Origin: Fistulifera solaris
Taxonomy: Eukaryota
NCBI GenBank assembly: GCA_030295235.1
Contig: AP026172.1
Location: forward strand, 558,001-622,000
Length of the DNA: 64,000 bases
Direction: 5' to 3'
The notes under the pieces are model-generated. The model had not been told where the DNA came from and searched no databases. It worked only from the letters and a program-made list of their open reading frames with translations. The position numbers and the translations under genes are program-made. Positions 13,013 through 25,558 of this stretch are shown in pieces. Each line of letters opens with the position of its first letter. The first letter of the stretch is position 1.

Positions 13013-14885
13013 ATGACATTCTGCGGAGGAGCCGAGCGATCAGCCTCTCCCGTCGCATATACGGCGAAGGAATACCGTTCTCAGTCCGACGACACTCAGG
13101 CCGACGGTAGGCTTTCTGCTAAGAAGAGCATGGAATCAGGTGACGCCCTTGAAAGAGAGAACTCGGCATTCGGGGACGGGTACTCTCTGCACTCCCGTCC
13201 AAGCCAATCAACTTTCCATCGTCATCTAGATGACGAGATTGAGGTCGACTATGATCATGGGGCAACAGATCTTTATCGCCGCATCGAAAATAAGGACTGG
13301 GATGGTGCTCTCAACAGGTTGGAGTTTGCTCCCCACGAGGCACGCGCCTGGGTTGCCCGTCGCGAACCATCCAGTATGAGATTGAGATGGCGTTTACTGC
13401 CTATTCACGCTGTTTGCATTTTTCGCGCTCCATTGGCACTGATTGAAGCATTGATTGAAGTGTATCCAGATGGACCGATGCAAAAGGATGATCAAGGCAT
13501 GCTTCCTGTCCATCTAGCTTGTCGTAATGGTGCAAGCAAGGGCGTCGTCTTGACGTTACTTGAGGCGTTTCCGGAGTCACTGAAGGTGAAGGATCGTAAG
13601 AATAGGACTGCAGTTGATTTGGTGGCAACAAGTGAGTCCGCCAACAAGGAAGCGGTGCTCGTTGCAATTCGTCGATTCCAGAAAGAAACTCAGTATAACG
13701 GCGCTGCAACAGTAGCGACGATAGAAACCGCACCTACTGTGCAGGAGGTGGACTATGAACATCGCACGCTGCTCTTCCGAATGATACTAAAAAAAGATTG
13801 GAATAATGCTTTAAGTCGAGCTGTAAGCCATCCCGATGAAGCTTGCACCTGGATTGTCACAAAGGGGTTCAACGGAAACCTCCGTTTTCTTCCTCTTCAT
13901 AAAGCTTGCGTCCTGCAACCACCCGACTCGATCGTAACAGCTCTGTTGAAGGCATTTCCAGATGGAGCAAAAAATACTGACCAAGACGGATGGCTCCCCT
14001 TGCACTGCGCGTGCTTTTATGGCGCTAGCGAACATGTTGTCAACGCTCTTTTGTTTGCGTATTCGAAAGGATCCCAGACCAAAGACGACGAAGGTCGTTT
14101 GCCTCTTCATTATGCCTGTATCAAAGGAGCCCCGAAAGCTGTGATTGACGTTCTTTTGGCAAGTTTTTCTCGCGGGGCCATGGTAAAGGATGATGAAGGT
14201 CGACTAGCTCTTCACCATGCGTGTAGCAAAATGCAGAAGACTCCGTTATCGAAGCGCTTCTTAAGGTATCTCCAAAGGCAGCTCAGACTAAGGATGATCA
14301 AGGCCGTCTTGCTTTGCATCACGCTTGTCGTAAATGCACAAGCGATAAGACTATACGTACACTTTTGCGGGTATATCCTATTGCTGCGCAAATTAGAGAT
14401 GACCAGGATAAGCTCCCACTCCATTATGCCTGTCAACACGGTGGCAAAAGGAGATCATCCAGTTACTGCTGCAGTCGTATCCGGAATCGGTCAATGTCCC
14501 CAATGGGCTCGGGCAGACTCCCCTAGCCGAAATTAAAGCGATGAACAACCCCAAATTCGAAAGCATCGCCAAAATGATGGAGAAAATTAAGAAGGACCAT
14601 GATAAAAAGCGCGGTATTGAAGGCCCAAGTCCAGTTTTGGAATCAACTGTGCGTGATCTGAACGAAAAGATTCAGAACTTGGAGAAGTCGCTAGGAAAAG
14701 TAACTCTTTTGGGTAAGGAAATGAAGCAAGACTTAAGGAAAGGAAAAGACCCCGTCATGGTGATGGAAAAGTTTTCAGACGCTTTGATCGACCTTGGTAG
14801 TCGGTCAAAAACTCCTCTAAAGTCTCGACAGCAGCCCGCCCCTCCTGCTAAGGGAATATTTGGTCGTGTAAAGCAAAATGCATAG
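13013..14885 (+). CDS. Multi-ankyrin-like (LPLH) repeat protein (frameshifts ~14230-14520)
   Basis: Repeated D.G.LPLH.AC units in two blocks, each preceded by L...I..KDW..AL. The repeats continue in ORFs 14314 and 14541. Confidence 0.85.
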
Positions 14886-15288
14886 GGATCGCATTGAGAT
14901 GATGCATTTGCCTGTGGAAGTTGACGTTGCATATTATATTATAGTAAGGTTCAAACTAATGGAAACGTGGTACTCCGTAACCAAGTATATTCATCCTGTG
15001 TAAGCATATTAAGAACTTTTAGTTTAGGATCGAGAATTGCTATAAACCATTAAAGACCGTATTTTTTGGCGATCTGAATCTAGCTTCAGTACCGCATATT
15101 GTGGAAAAATCCGTCAATTCGAATTTCTTATCGTTAAGTGGGAAACCAGCTTCGAAATATTTGGTTCGTGGTATTTTGTCTTTTTCCGCGAGCTCGATTC
15201 TGTTTATTAGCGAACACGGCGTTTCATTTTTGTTAACAAGCCGTTTCCTTATTTTTCAAAAGATAGATCTATAGGGAGGAACAACACC

Positions 15289-15999
15289 ATGAAAATATTG
15301 TACACAATCGTTTTTACTCCTTTGGTCTGGGCAAGATTAAACAGTAAGGAAAGTACCGACCATGTCCCAGCCGACCGTGATCTTCAATCTCAGTGCGCCG
15401 CTTTGATGGATCGAGTAGGCTTCAAGTTTCCTTTCGTCGTTGATTGTTCATGTAAATTTGGATTTCTCTCGCTTAATTGGGAATGTAAAACGGATATTTG
15501 TCCTGAAGAGCTTGTGAAGGACGTTGGCGCCAGCTGGAATTCGACAACACTACCCTTCGATAAATGCCTTGCGCCAACATTCAAGGGTAGATACGACATG
15601 AGGGATGACATTCTTCAAACAACATCATGTTCAGGTTCTAGTAACGTAACTTTCAATGCAAGTGCGATTGCCAAGGAAGCAGGAGTACCAAATCTCGCAG
15701 CGACTCTGACCACGTTGGACGCCCCAGAGATTTGCGTCACAACAAAACACAAGCCAAATGATTTCAAGTCGTTAACTTCATGCAGTGTGACTTTAGACAA
15801 TACAACTTGCCCCTGTGAGGTCTGCGAAGGCGGCAAGGAAGTGAAGCTGCTATGTCAAGATCTTCTCGCGTCAAAATTTCCTGACATTCCGCCCGCAGCG
15901 TTGGGAATCACGACACAGTGCGTCGGATTAAACACAATTGACCCAGCACTTCTCAATCGTACAAAGTTTGTTGCTAGTCAAATTCAGTCTGTTCCATAA
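15289..15999 (+). CDS. Secreted cysteine-rich hypothetical protein
   Basis: Intact 236 aa ORF with a signal peptide (..PLVWA|R), a DRDLQ propeptide-like motif and many Cys. Confidence 0.75.
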   Translation: MKILYTIVFTPLVWARLNSKESTDHVPADRDLQSQCAALMDRVGFKFPFVVDCSCKFGFLSLNWECKTDICPEELVKDVGASWNSTTLPFDKCLAPTFKGRYDMRDDILQTTSCSGSSNVTFNASAIAKEAGVPNLAATLTTLDAPEICVTTKHKPNDFKSLTSCSVTLDNTTCPCEVCEGGKEVKLLCQDLLASKFPDIPPAALGITTQCVGLNTIDPALLNRTKFVASQIQSVP

Positions 16000-16142
16000 C
16001 TTGTCTGTCGGTCCTTAAGCGTCACACTTGTTTTGAGAAAATACAAAGTAAAGTACTTATAAATACTCCCTGGATTCGATTTTTAGCGCGCGCTGACTTC
16101 GCTCATTATATCGGCCTTCGTTTTAATTGGTTCTTCGTCAAT

Positions 16143-17934
16143 TTAGTTCAAGTATCGCAATAGCAGCAAAGTTAAAAATAAAAAGTGTTTTCCGCTTCGT
16201 GGTAGCAGTAACAGAGCACCTCCATTGCTTGAGTCGGTGTCAGAAAATGGGTCGTCGAGTCCGCACGCGTCCGGAGAGCAAGAACGCTCTTCCAGCGGTG
16301 AACCGTCGCATGGAGCTTTGAGGCAGGTGCGATACCGGCTCTGCTTACCAAAGCAACAATCATTCCATTCAGTCCAATTGCCCCAAGTGACCTCGGTTGT
16401 AGAGATATTTGACGCCAGACATGCATCATAGGTGGTCGGGAAATGTCTCGCACAGCAAATTTCCATATTTTCATACAACGATTGAGTTGTCGATAGAATT
16501 GCGACATCAACAAGAACCTCGCATTTTCGAGTTGATGATATGGGAAAGAAACATTGATCTGAGGCATCATCCCGTGTGCACTCCTGTTCCTCAAAAATGT
16601 TCCACTACACGGGGGGTTTTCACAGGCACGGACACGGTTTTGCATCCCAAAACAGCATACACTCCATTCACCAAATTCGCCCCACCCACTGCTGTTCGTA
16701 GTGGTGCTGTTACATGTATCAACAGAACAAGTCTCTTCCTCCATGAAAGGGCCTTCGCATGACGACTTGTCGCTAAAGTTCGAAGTGACTAGTACCTCAC
16801 AATCGCGAAAACGCTGTTGCGTACCATTGCAACATGGTCCCCAATCACTCCATTCACTCCAACGAGCGATGGCGGCTGTCTCGCGGCAAGTGTCGGGTGC
16901 ACACGCTGTCTCCTCCAAAGCTTCGCCCTGACAATCCGCACCGCCAGCAGCCGGAGGTGGATTGTCGCATGTTCGATTCCGTGACTGCACTCCATAGCAG
17001 CAATCGGACCAGTCGCCCCACTCGCTCCAGTTTCCATCCACAACCGATATGCAGGTGTCTGGAAAACACGTTTGATTTTCCGTAGCTTCACCATCGCATT
17101 CTACGATAACATTACTTTCCGTTTCCGAGTTGTTGCAAGTACGGGATCGTGTTTGCGTTCCGTTACAACATTCGGTCCATTCGGAAAATTCAGACCAACC
17201 GTCCACTACAATAACGATGTTGCACGTATTCGGAGAGCAATTGATTTCTTCGAAAGCAAGTCCGTCACAGTCAATACCATCCGGATCAATGCAAGTTCGA
17301 TTGCGTGATTGTCGATTGTTGCAACATGGAGTGTAGTCACTCCAGTCGGACCACTTCTCTTCCTCATCATCGCCCTGCTCCATAGGGAGACATGTATTGT
17401 TGTTCGCCGAAAACTCAGCAGCACAGCATTCGTCCAAGGTTTCATAAAGAATATCTTCCGAGGAGAAAAACGGATCGGCGACCGTGCATGTGGTCGTCGA
17501 TGCCGAGTAACAAACATCTTCTCGACTACAAGCAACTACTTGTGCAGAAGATCCCTCGCAATTCTCTTGGAAACAAGTTCTCGTTTGCACCTGCACTTGT
17601 TCACAACATACCGTGATATTCTCCCAGGCGGACCAACCGCCATTTCCGCAACTTTCGTCCTCGGGACTACAGGTAAAGTTCAATTCTGATGGACCAGTAC
17701 ACGCACCCTCGACCAGGCATGTACGAACTTTGGTTTGAAACCCTCCACAGCAAGGCGTACGCACTTCCCATCCCGACCAGTTGGAAAGCGTATCAGTCTG
17801 TCGTTGTTTTAGTGAGACGGCAGATGATTGGCCCATTGAAAGCCATGATAAAAACTTACCTCTTGTCCCCACGCTGGGAACAGACGCAAAGTATACGTGA
17901 ATAGAGAAAAAGGAAATAAGAAACTCCCTTTCAT
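16143..17934 (-). CDS. Secreted/surface protein with 8 thrombospondin type-1-like repeats and hydrophobic C-terminus (intron 17798..17859; frameshift near 16595)
   Basis: Exon 1 MKGSFLFPFSLFTYTLRLFPAWGQE splices in frame. Repeats WSxWxxWxxCC.G.Q.R.R.C, including RTCDNPPPAAGGADCQG. Tail HFLFLTLLLLRYLN. Confidence 0.88.
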
Positions 17935-18511
17935 ACTTTCAATGAAAAGAGTTCATGCATGAGCAAAATGCACACGATCTGCAAAAATGAGGCGTGTAAG
18001 ACCTTAATGGAAAAGAGATCTGGTTCGTGGTTTTGGTGGAGGGAGTTGCCTGATACAATCAAAATCATAGTACCAACATAAGAAAATGTTCTTGATATTT
18101 TACGGACGGATTCTACTTAATGGCGAAAATAATATTTAGGAAATCCGGTTGAGGGAATGTCTTTCATGCGCTCGAAGAGGTACCTGTGCGACGCGATAGT
18201 CTCTAAAAATTTGGCGACGAAAAAACGGCTCCCCATTTCTTTCCAACACGACTTGACCAGTTTTCGCGGCACATCGTTTTGTGCAAACATGCAAAAACTG
18301 CTCCGCTCCAGTTTTGCAGCATTGAATGGCTACATAGAACAAGAAGATGTTTCAGTCGCATGTAAACCGATCTCCGGTATGCTTTGATGCCAAGGGCATT
18401 GAAACTTTGCTGCGCATACCTTTCTTCTCACAAAAAATCAACGAACGAAAAAGTTCTCAAACCACAACCACTTAACCATCATAACACCGATCGATCAGCA
18501 CTTCTTCGAAC

Positions 18512-19122
18512 ATGTCTCGCATCTCTATGACACTGTGGATGTTCATGAGCGTGGTACACTACGCGACTTCCGAACGTTCTTGTGGTGTGTCCTTATCACC
18601 CTGCCCAAGCGGATGCTGGAATCCCACTGCTCAAGTGCAAGCCGATGGCCTTCGCATCTGCGAAGTTGTCTCTCCGGCTTTTACAGTCCCGACAACGATG
18701 ATGCGCAATACTCTTGCGAGACCAATCCAAGTGCTTGCAATCCTTGCCCCAAGCAAGGATTTCTTCGGGGCCTTACGGGGTGCTCGTTCGGATCTGACAA
18801 AGAACAAATCAACGTGAACAACTTCACAATCGCGCCCGCCACGGAAGAGGAAGATCCCAAAGGTGGCGACGAAAAGATGAACAATGGAATGAGCAAGATG
18901 ATATACGCCTTGATCTTTTCGCTCGTGATCATTGGCTTTGTATACATCCGAGCCCGTATTCTGGATTGCCGAACGCGTCACAAGAATCGAAAAACCAGAC
19001 CAATTCCTCCTCCGCCGACAGATCCCAAACCAGAGAAGACTTTAACTGCGGCTGATCCAGAGGAGCTGCATTGTCCGGCGGTCGTGGAGAGCGGCGTTGA
19101 AAAGGACATTGAGCAGGGATAA
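18512..19122 (+). CDS. Small type-I membrane protein with Cys-rich ectodomain (frameshift near 18670)
   Basis: Signal-like N-terminus, CPSGCW..GFYSP..C..CP, TM segment (IYALIFSLVIIGFVYI) and a basic/Pro-rich tail. Confidence 0.6.
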
Positions 19123-19535
19123 CCTTACAAAAAACAAGAAATGAAAAGTAAACTAAAAGATAAATGGTACAATGACTAGACTATGATATACGTACAACTG
19201 CGTTGCTTAGTGTTAATTTTGTTGTATCCAAGGAGTTCTGTTTACCATTCTCTTTGGTTGTATTGAAACTATTAGCAAAACGAAACATGACAAATTGTCT
19301 CGTGACTGATACCAATCGTGCTCACGAACGGGGACTGCATATGTATAGAGGAAAACAGCAGAGCCCGCCACGTTCGGGTTACGACTATTATTTAAAGGAC
19401 GGAATACCATGTTGCTTAAGTATTGAAGCAACGGAACGTGTGTCAGCCTGGCTTTCGCGCCACTCTCAAGATACTTTCGAGTGGATACAAGTTCTCGGCT
19501 CCGCAAGCTGCTCGGGATGACGACTGGGGAGGAGG

Positions 19536-19814
19536 AGAATCTCCACAGCGAATCTTCGGACCGCCGCTGTCGACGCGGCGCATCCACTCGTCGACCCCCT
19601 CTCTAATTATTTACTCCGTATATATTATTTATTCAACTCATCTCACTTCCAATCCACACGGCATTGGTGAGATCTTGTCAAAAAAAAAACAAAAAATAAC
19701 AGCAGCCAGCATTGACCCCGTCAGACTCGTATACATTTGAAGAAACACTACGAACATGATGTTGATGGGTACGTTTTTCACTACACGTTTCGATCTGTCT
19801 ATAATATGAATCTT
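19536..19814 (+). promoter_or_regulatory. Candidate YGAATCTH boxes upstream of betaine lipid synthase
   Basis: CGAATCTT at 19549..19556, TGAATCTT at 19807..19814 and near-match AGAATCTC at 19536. Confidence 0.5.
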
Positions 19815-19891
19815 CCGAGTGTATCGGCAAAATGTCGTTTTTTTTCTGTTTTGTTATCTCTATCTCACAAAGGCTTGATTCAGACACAATC

Positions 19892-21959
19892 ATGTCTTCG
19901 GAGTGGTTCAATCCCTACACTGCCGTCGGTGGTACTGTAGCCATGTTCTACATTTTACGCAAACTGTTGAAAGAAAGTTTCAATATGATTGATACGATTT
20001 GCAACCGCACTTACATTTACAACATTTGTTGGGAAGATCCGGCGGTCGATCACCAAATCCTTAAAATTAAGAGCGACGATGTCATTTTCCGCATTTGCAG
20101 TGCGGGTGACATTGTGCTGGATTACGCTATTGAAGGACCCGCCAAGATTGTTGTCTGTGACATGAATCAACATCAGTTGTGGCTCTTTGAGCTCAAAATC
20201 CGCATGTTGCGCGATCCAAATCTCACCTATGACGAGTGGTGGGGTATTTGGGGATCTTCCGATGTCACCGTGGCCATGAAAGTCTGGAAACGGATGCGTC
20301 ATACCATGTCGGGCGGAGGTCGCAAGTGGTGGGATGGACGGATTGAACGTGTTTTTCGCAAGGGCTTTGCGACGTCGGGGTCGACTGGTTTTGCGGCCAA
20401 ATTCTTGATCCCTTGGCTCATGTACGTGGTCGGATTTGATATCAAGGCTTGGGCGGAAACTGGTTTTAGCCACGAGTTCATCTCCAAAAATTATCAGATG
20501 ATTGAGCGATCGGCTTGGTGGTTCCGTCGTCTTTTTTCCCGGAATTCTGGCGCCGTTTGCGGGAGTTCCTCCCAACCAAATCGGGCCCGAATTTTATACC
20601 ACCGAGTTTTATGAAGGTATCTTGCGTGAAATCTTCTTGGATCCGGACTTTGGTACGACCAATTACTTTTACCGTTTCTACTACGAGAAGGGTTACAAAG
20701 ATCAAACCTGCTGCCCTCGCACTTTGCAGAAGGAGCACTTTGAAGCCTTGAGAGCGAATGCCTCTTGCTTTGAGTGGCACCATGCGACAGTCCAGGAAAC
20801 GATGGAGCGCGTCGCCCCTCGAACTTTCACCAAGTTGGTTCTCCTCGATCACATGGATTGGATGCCCAACTCTATCGTACACGACGAATGGATTGCGTTG
20901 CAACGTGCGTCTGTACCAGGTGCTCAGGTGCTGTGGCGCTCGGCTTTCACAAAAATGGATGACAAGCCATTCTTCAATAATCTCGACATTAAGGATTTGA
21001 GCCCGCAATGGTACAGCAAGGATCGTGTCAAGATGTACCCTGGCACATTTGAATGTTACATGCCGATCAATCCCTTCCCGTTCGTCGATCCGGAACCATC
21101 GCCCTGCCAAAAGGCTTCGTTCGCTCGCAAGGTCAAAACAACGACCAAGATGATTTTGCACCCTCTTACAGCCGGAAGGGTGGATGCCCACGGAGACAAA
21201 ATGTCCTCATTCTATGCCGAGCAAGCAAAGGGATACGATGCGGTTCGAGAGAACATGTTGGTGGCACGACCCGAGATGATTTCTGGTTTTGGACCTATCA
21301 AGCAGGGGCACACATGGCTTGATATCGGAGGTGGTACAGGACGAAATTTGCATTACTTACGTGCCCAACTCGATAACTTTGAACGCATCGTGGTTCTTGA
21401 TATCTGCCCTGAGCTCCTAGAAATTGGGGAAGAATCGGCCCGTCGCTCGTTCACCCCAGCCCAGTGCGAAAAGATCAGCTGGTTATGTTTGGATATCAAT
21501 GCCAAAAATGTTCGACAAGAGCTAGCCAAACATCTAAACAATGACTTGCATCGTGGCTTTGATACCATCTCGTTCAGTTATTCACTCAGCATGATTCCGG
21601 AATGGCAGACGGCTTTACTGTCTGCTCGCAATCTCATGTCGGAAGACGGACGTGTGATTATATCTGACTTTGACACGTATACTCACGAAGGCAAATCGTG
21701 GAAAGACTGGGCTATTCGCACCTGGTACAAACAAGACGGCGTCCGCATCGAAGCAAAGACCCGAGAGTTCATTACGGAGACAGCGTTCCCGAGTGATCGT
21801 TTCGTGGTTACAATGGCACGCTTTCAGCGCAAGCTTGCCGGGGTCTGGATTCCTCATTATGTCATGTGTTGCCGAAAAGAGACAATCACAACGTCGAATG
21901 GTCTGCGACGTCCTTCGGCGTCGAATTTGATGGCACTCGACGAAAAGAAAAGCGATTAA
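19892..21959 (+). CDS. BTA1: Betaine lipid (DGTS) synthase: BtaA/DUF3419 domain fused to BtaB-type SAM methyltransferase (frameshift in T run near 20535)
   Basis: YIYNICWEDPAVD, CDMNQHQLWLFELK, LLDHMDWM and VLWRSA are BtaA-like. SFYAEQAKGYDAVRE, WLDIGGGTGRN and FSYSLSMIPEW are BtaB-like. Confidence 0.9.
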
Positions 21960-22124
21960 GCGCCGGTATTACTGAACACCAAAATGTATGCTCTAGTGAC
22001 AGGCAGCTATAATACGAAACTAAACTGATTTTGTATAATTTCAAAAACGTAATTCAGATCTTGATTTCCGTTGATAGTGCGTAGCGTCGTATGTCTTGTT
22101 GTATGACTATTGGATACTGTTTCA

Positions 22125-23873
22125 TTATTCAAAGTCAAGCACTTTTCGTGGTGGAGATTCGGATGCATCACCCAAAGCAACCACAACCACACTCATGTTA
22201 TCACGGGAGCCCAAGCTGAGACATTCCTGCAATAGTTTATCGGCAGCATCGACAAGGGCTACCTTGGACTGCTTTGCTTCAGTCGTCATGGTCTGTAAAA
22301 CAAAGTCACCTACTTGTTGGGGAGACATGACATCCCAGATACCATCACAGGCTACAACCATAAATAAGTCATGCTTAGATCGCTGCCGTATCACCACGTC
22401 CGGAACCGCCACTACCGCTTGCTGATCGGCGGGCAGATCTTTGTTGGTTTTGTATTCAAAATCACCAAAGGCTCGTGATGTCGCCAACAAATTTTCTTTC
22501 GATAATGCTACTTTGTACAATGTATGAACGGTTCCGTCTTCCTCGTACTTTTCTTCCACGACCGAGAGACCCGCGGCTTCAATTCTGGCTTGTTCGCTTG
22601 GCAGATTCGGTTTGTGATCCTGCGTCAAAGAAATCACTCTCATTCGTTCGTGCAAAGCAAGTGCGGCCATTTCTGGAATCGGTTTATCAGAACTTTCTTC
22701 TTCGGGCACACCCTTTTGAATGAGAATGCAACGACTATCCCCAACGTTCGCCACCACGATATGGTCCGGGGTGAGAAACGCAATCGATGCGGTCGAACCA
22801 CCCAATCGCGACGTTTTTTTCAAATCGGCATCGATTTCCAGGCACGTATTCTTCCACCAGTCTTCGGTAATGGCATCCATTGTCACACGTTTTTGCAGCT
22901 GTTCCGCCACAAATTTCGATACCTTTCCTCCATCGCCGTGACCATCACAAACCGCCGCCAACAGGACTCCATCCCCATACGCCTTGGTGACAATCGCATC
23001 TTCCATGGTAATACGATGACCCGGCATATCAGCCCAGGCGGCCATCAATGGCGTCGCCACGGTCACACGCAATCGCTGGGGCTGGGGAGATCCCAAAATG
23101 GAAAGATCGTTGGGTTTATAAAGCGAACGCGCCAATTTCCGGGCCGATGGTTCGGGACTCAACAATGCACTCCCGTACGCCGTCCGTAAATTCAAATCGA
23201 GCGGTGGTGTCGGATAGAGCGGCCGTAATAGCTCTAACACGCCGGCACTGCCCTTTTCGGCACAGATGTGCAAGGCCGTCCGCCCCAAAAAAGTCCCGTT
23301 GTTGCAATTGGAGTTCGACGGGTCCTAGTTCCAACAATAGTTGCGCCGCCAAAAGATTGTCGGAAAGCGCCGCCGCCATGAGTGGCGTAAAACCATCGGG
23401 TGGATAATTCATGTTGTACGCGCGTGTTTCGGTAAACAAATCGGGATTGTTTTCGAGCAACGACGTAATACGGATTTTGCTCTTTTCCCGCTTGTCTTTG
23501 GCTTTTTCCGTCTTGGCTTCGGTATTGTTGGTACAAAATTCGAGTACTTTCTTGGCGTTTTTGGTGCCATCACTGGCTTCTCCTAATTTGGATGCAGTTG
23601 TTTTGGCGCATTCGAGCACCAGTTGTTCGATGTGTCGTAATTGGTCGTCATGGACGGTGGGATGTTTCGTCCGTGGAGTTTGCGTGGCTTTTGACAGTTT
23701 TCACACACTATAGAAGACGGGAAAGCCGAAGCAGGCGGTACTTTTGTTGTTTTTGTGTTGGGAGCCACGACGGAAAAGATTGTTTGCTCCAGCTCTTCGG
23801 GTTTGGGTTTGTAATTCTTATCCGGAGCCACAAATTGCCCTAAACCTCGTTCAAACCATTTGCCGGCAAACAT
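22125..23873 (-). CDS. PP2C-family protein phosphatase with N-terminal ankyrin repeats (frameshifts near 23700 and 23290)
   Basis: GFTPLMAAA and GRTALHICA; GHRITMEDA, VCDGHG, VANVGDSRC, DHKP, SRAFGD, ACDGIWDVM, GSRDNMS. Confidence 0.92.
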
Positions 23874-24293
23874 TTTCAACAAGTCTCTTTTACTAAATAT
23901 GAAAATGGGTGTATGGGGAATGCTGAAGGTGTTGATAGGTAAATATAGCTTCCACAGATGATTCGTTCGTTTCAATGACAATGAGGGCTCATCATCGCGA
24001 GATGCGAGATGCCAGATGCCATATCGAGCGTGTCTGTACGGTTCTGCATTTTGCTCGGCCGGGATCGAGGATGGACGGCGGACGGACGTCGGTCTTGGTG
24101 GATGATGAAGAACTGTTACGTAGTACTTGCATAGACGCTGTTTTGTTGTTTTTTGCTGTTGTGCAGAGGATTAGATTTCTTTTCAACCATAGTATCAGAC
24201 GTGTGCCACACAATCGCAAAGCCTGCCAGAGTGACGCTTTCTCACATATTGAAAAGAAATCATTGGTGAAAAAAAGAAGCCATCGGAACGACG

Positions 24294-25489
24294 ATGACCC
24301 ACGGAGATACGAATAACCTCGAAGGTCTTAGCCTTTTCATGGGAGGATTGACAGTTGATACTTTACGACGATCGTCACCCTTACATCCTTCTAGGACATT
24401 GCGGATTAGTGAAGTCGAAGCGCAAGCTTCCACCACAGTTATTTTGGATACCAGTCGACGACCTCGATCGAATCCGCGGGTGCGGACTCCGATGCGATAC
24501 GAATCGCCCTTGGATCCCGACGAGTTTCGACGACGTCCAGAGGAAGATAACCGAATGGGTCTTTCGGCGGGGCATCCGGTAGGTGCGATGACGAATCGAG
24601 TACGTATATTCCGTGTTATTCGTAAAGCATGATCCTATGGGGGGGGCGTCTTTTCTGATGTTGTTCATGTACTCTCAAGTTGCAGATTCCGGAAGAACGA
24701 CCGGCAAAATCACGTAAACAGGGACCTTCTCATCGCAAAATAAGACGATGGAACAACGACAAATTTCATCGTATAGCACACGAGTTAAAAGGGACGAAAG
24801 CGGCCGATGTTTTGATGCAAGGAGAAGCCGAGCACAGATATCGCACCATTTTGGATCCCGAATTGCACCAATCCAAACAATTGACTCGGTACGTATTCTA
24901 TCTCGCACGCTGACACAGTGGAGAGTGTATGGGACCTCAATTCAATGTTTCTATGAGTAGATTCTTGCAGGACAAAACTTTACAAAATGTCCGTGATCGT
25001 TTCTTTGAAGGAGAATTCGCGACAATGCGTGTGCCGCAGAAAGTTCATCCCACACCGGCAGATTCTCCCAAGCAATGGATGAAACGGATTGATAGTCGCT
25101 TGCGACCGATTATTATTAAAGCCTGTAGCAACTCGTATCCGGCTACTTGTGTTGTACGGGTCTTGGAAGAGTTCTTGGTGGAGCAATACTATGACACGCC
25201 GTCCAAGCCATTGCCGCTGGATTGGTGGCATGACTTGTTGGTAAAAGCCCCGGAATTGGCACAAGTGAACGATAAAAGGGTAGTGGAATTTAGTTTTCCC
25301 GTCGATTCCTCACAAGGAGGCTTTCATCGATTATTGTTGCATGCTGTGGCACAATTTCATGGACTCCATGTCGTCTCCCGATTGATTCCGAATCAAGCGC
25401 GTTTTCTATCCGTCTCGGGGTACATAGATGCGGAAGGTCCCGTGTTTTCCTTACTGGATCACCTAGAGAGATGTGATGTGTCCTCTTAA
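24294..25489 (+). CDS. R3H-domain protein (R3HDM4-like); introns 24579..24685 and 24889..24960
   Basis: Two GT-AG introns join the three ORFs in frame. Motifs RRWNNDKF and FHRLLLHAVAQFHGLHVVS. Confidence 0.75.
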
Positions 25490-25558
25490 ATGAGGGCCAC
25501 GAGTCGCTATAATACTTGTGCTTTAATTTATTAATGATTATTTGTGGACATCTCGAAA

